From: Octopus sinensis
Lineage: Eukaryota
Direction: 5' to 3'
Assembly (NCBI RefSeq): GCF_006345805.1
Contig: NC_042999.1
Location: 123,504,001-123,568,000, forward strand
Length of the DNA stretch: 64,000 nucleotides
In this document: piece by piece, positions 63,743-64,000 of the stretch
Layout of the letters: each line of letters opens with the position of its first letter
Numbering within the stretch: the stretch's first letter is position 1
Position numbers and translations under genes: made by a program
Notes under the pieces: generated by a model
The model's database searches: none
Seen by the model: only the letters and a program-made list of their open reading frames with translations
What the model was told of the DNA's origin: nothing

Positions 63743-64000
63743 AAACAACAAACAAGATGAGGACAAATATCTGTCAAATGTAAATAATATATCTATTGTT
63801 GATGACTTTTTTAACCACAGGATGAAAGCTTCTTCATCAATGGGATCCAAGAACTGCAACTTGGATAGAAAGAAGTATGTGGATTGCAAGGAGGAGTATG
63901 TTGTAAAATAAACCTCATTTAGTCTCATTCCATGAGAATATTTTGGTCAGCCTATGAATTTTTCAGCTGACCCTCATAATCTAAAGTTTGCTAAATGCTT

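Overview
This is AT-rich eukaryotic, repeat-dominated DNA with no confidently identifiable host gene. The SINE/RTE repeat complement and the dense (TA)n/(CA)n/(GA)n microsatellites look like an octopus/cephalopod genome (inference from family recognition, not a database hit). Large elements: (1) a near full-length Tx1/L1-clade retrotransposon (21281-~26590) and a 5'-truncated sister copy (28916-31685), both inserted in the (TC)n tract of the same local repeat unit, with an empty unit beside them; (2) a TSD-flanked, ORF1-only Tx1-like element (40472-42174); (3) a Penelope-like element (RT + GIY-YIG, probably Naiad clade) with ~1-kb inverted terminal repeats, each carrying a minimal hammerhead ribozyme (35751-39465); (4) a CsRn1-clade Ty3/gypsy element with near-identical LTRs, tRNA-Trp PBS and CATT TSD (42276-48152); (5) a decayed FLYWCH-MULE transposon, mariner and maT remnants, RTE and CR1 remnants, a solo LTR, several TIR elements and many SINEs. 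The most striking signal, which no ORF track shows, is a set of minimal type I hammerhead ribozyme motifs at about 8 loci from about 7 sequence families. Most sit in short, non-coding, (TA)n-embedded hairpin or inverted-repeat elements, and each family has its own palindromic helix III. All coordinates were read by eye and may be off by a few bases.
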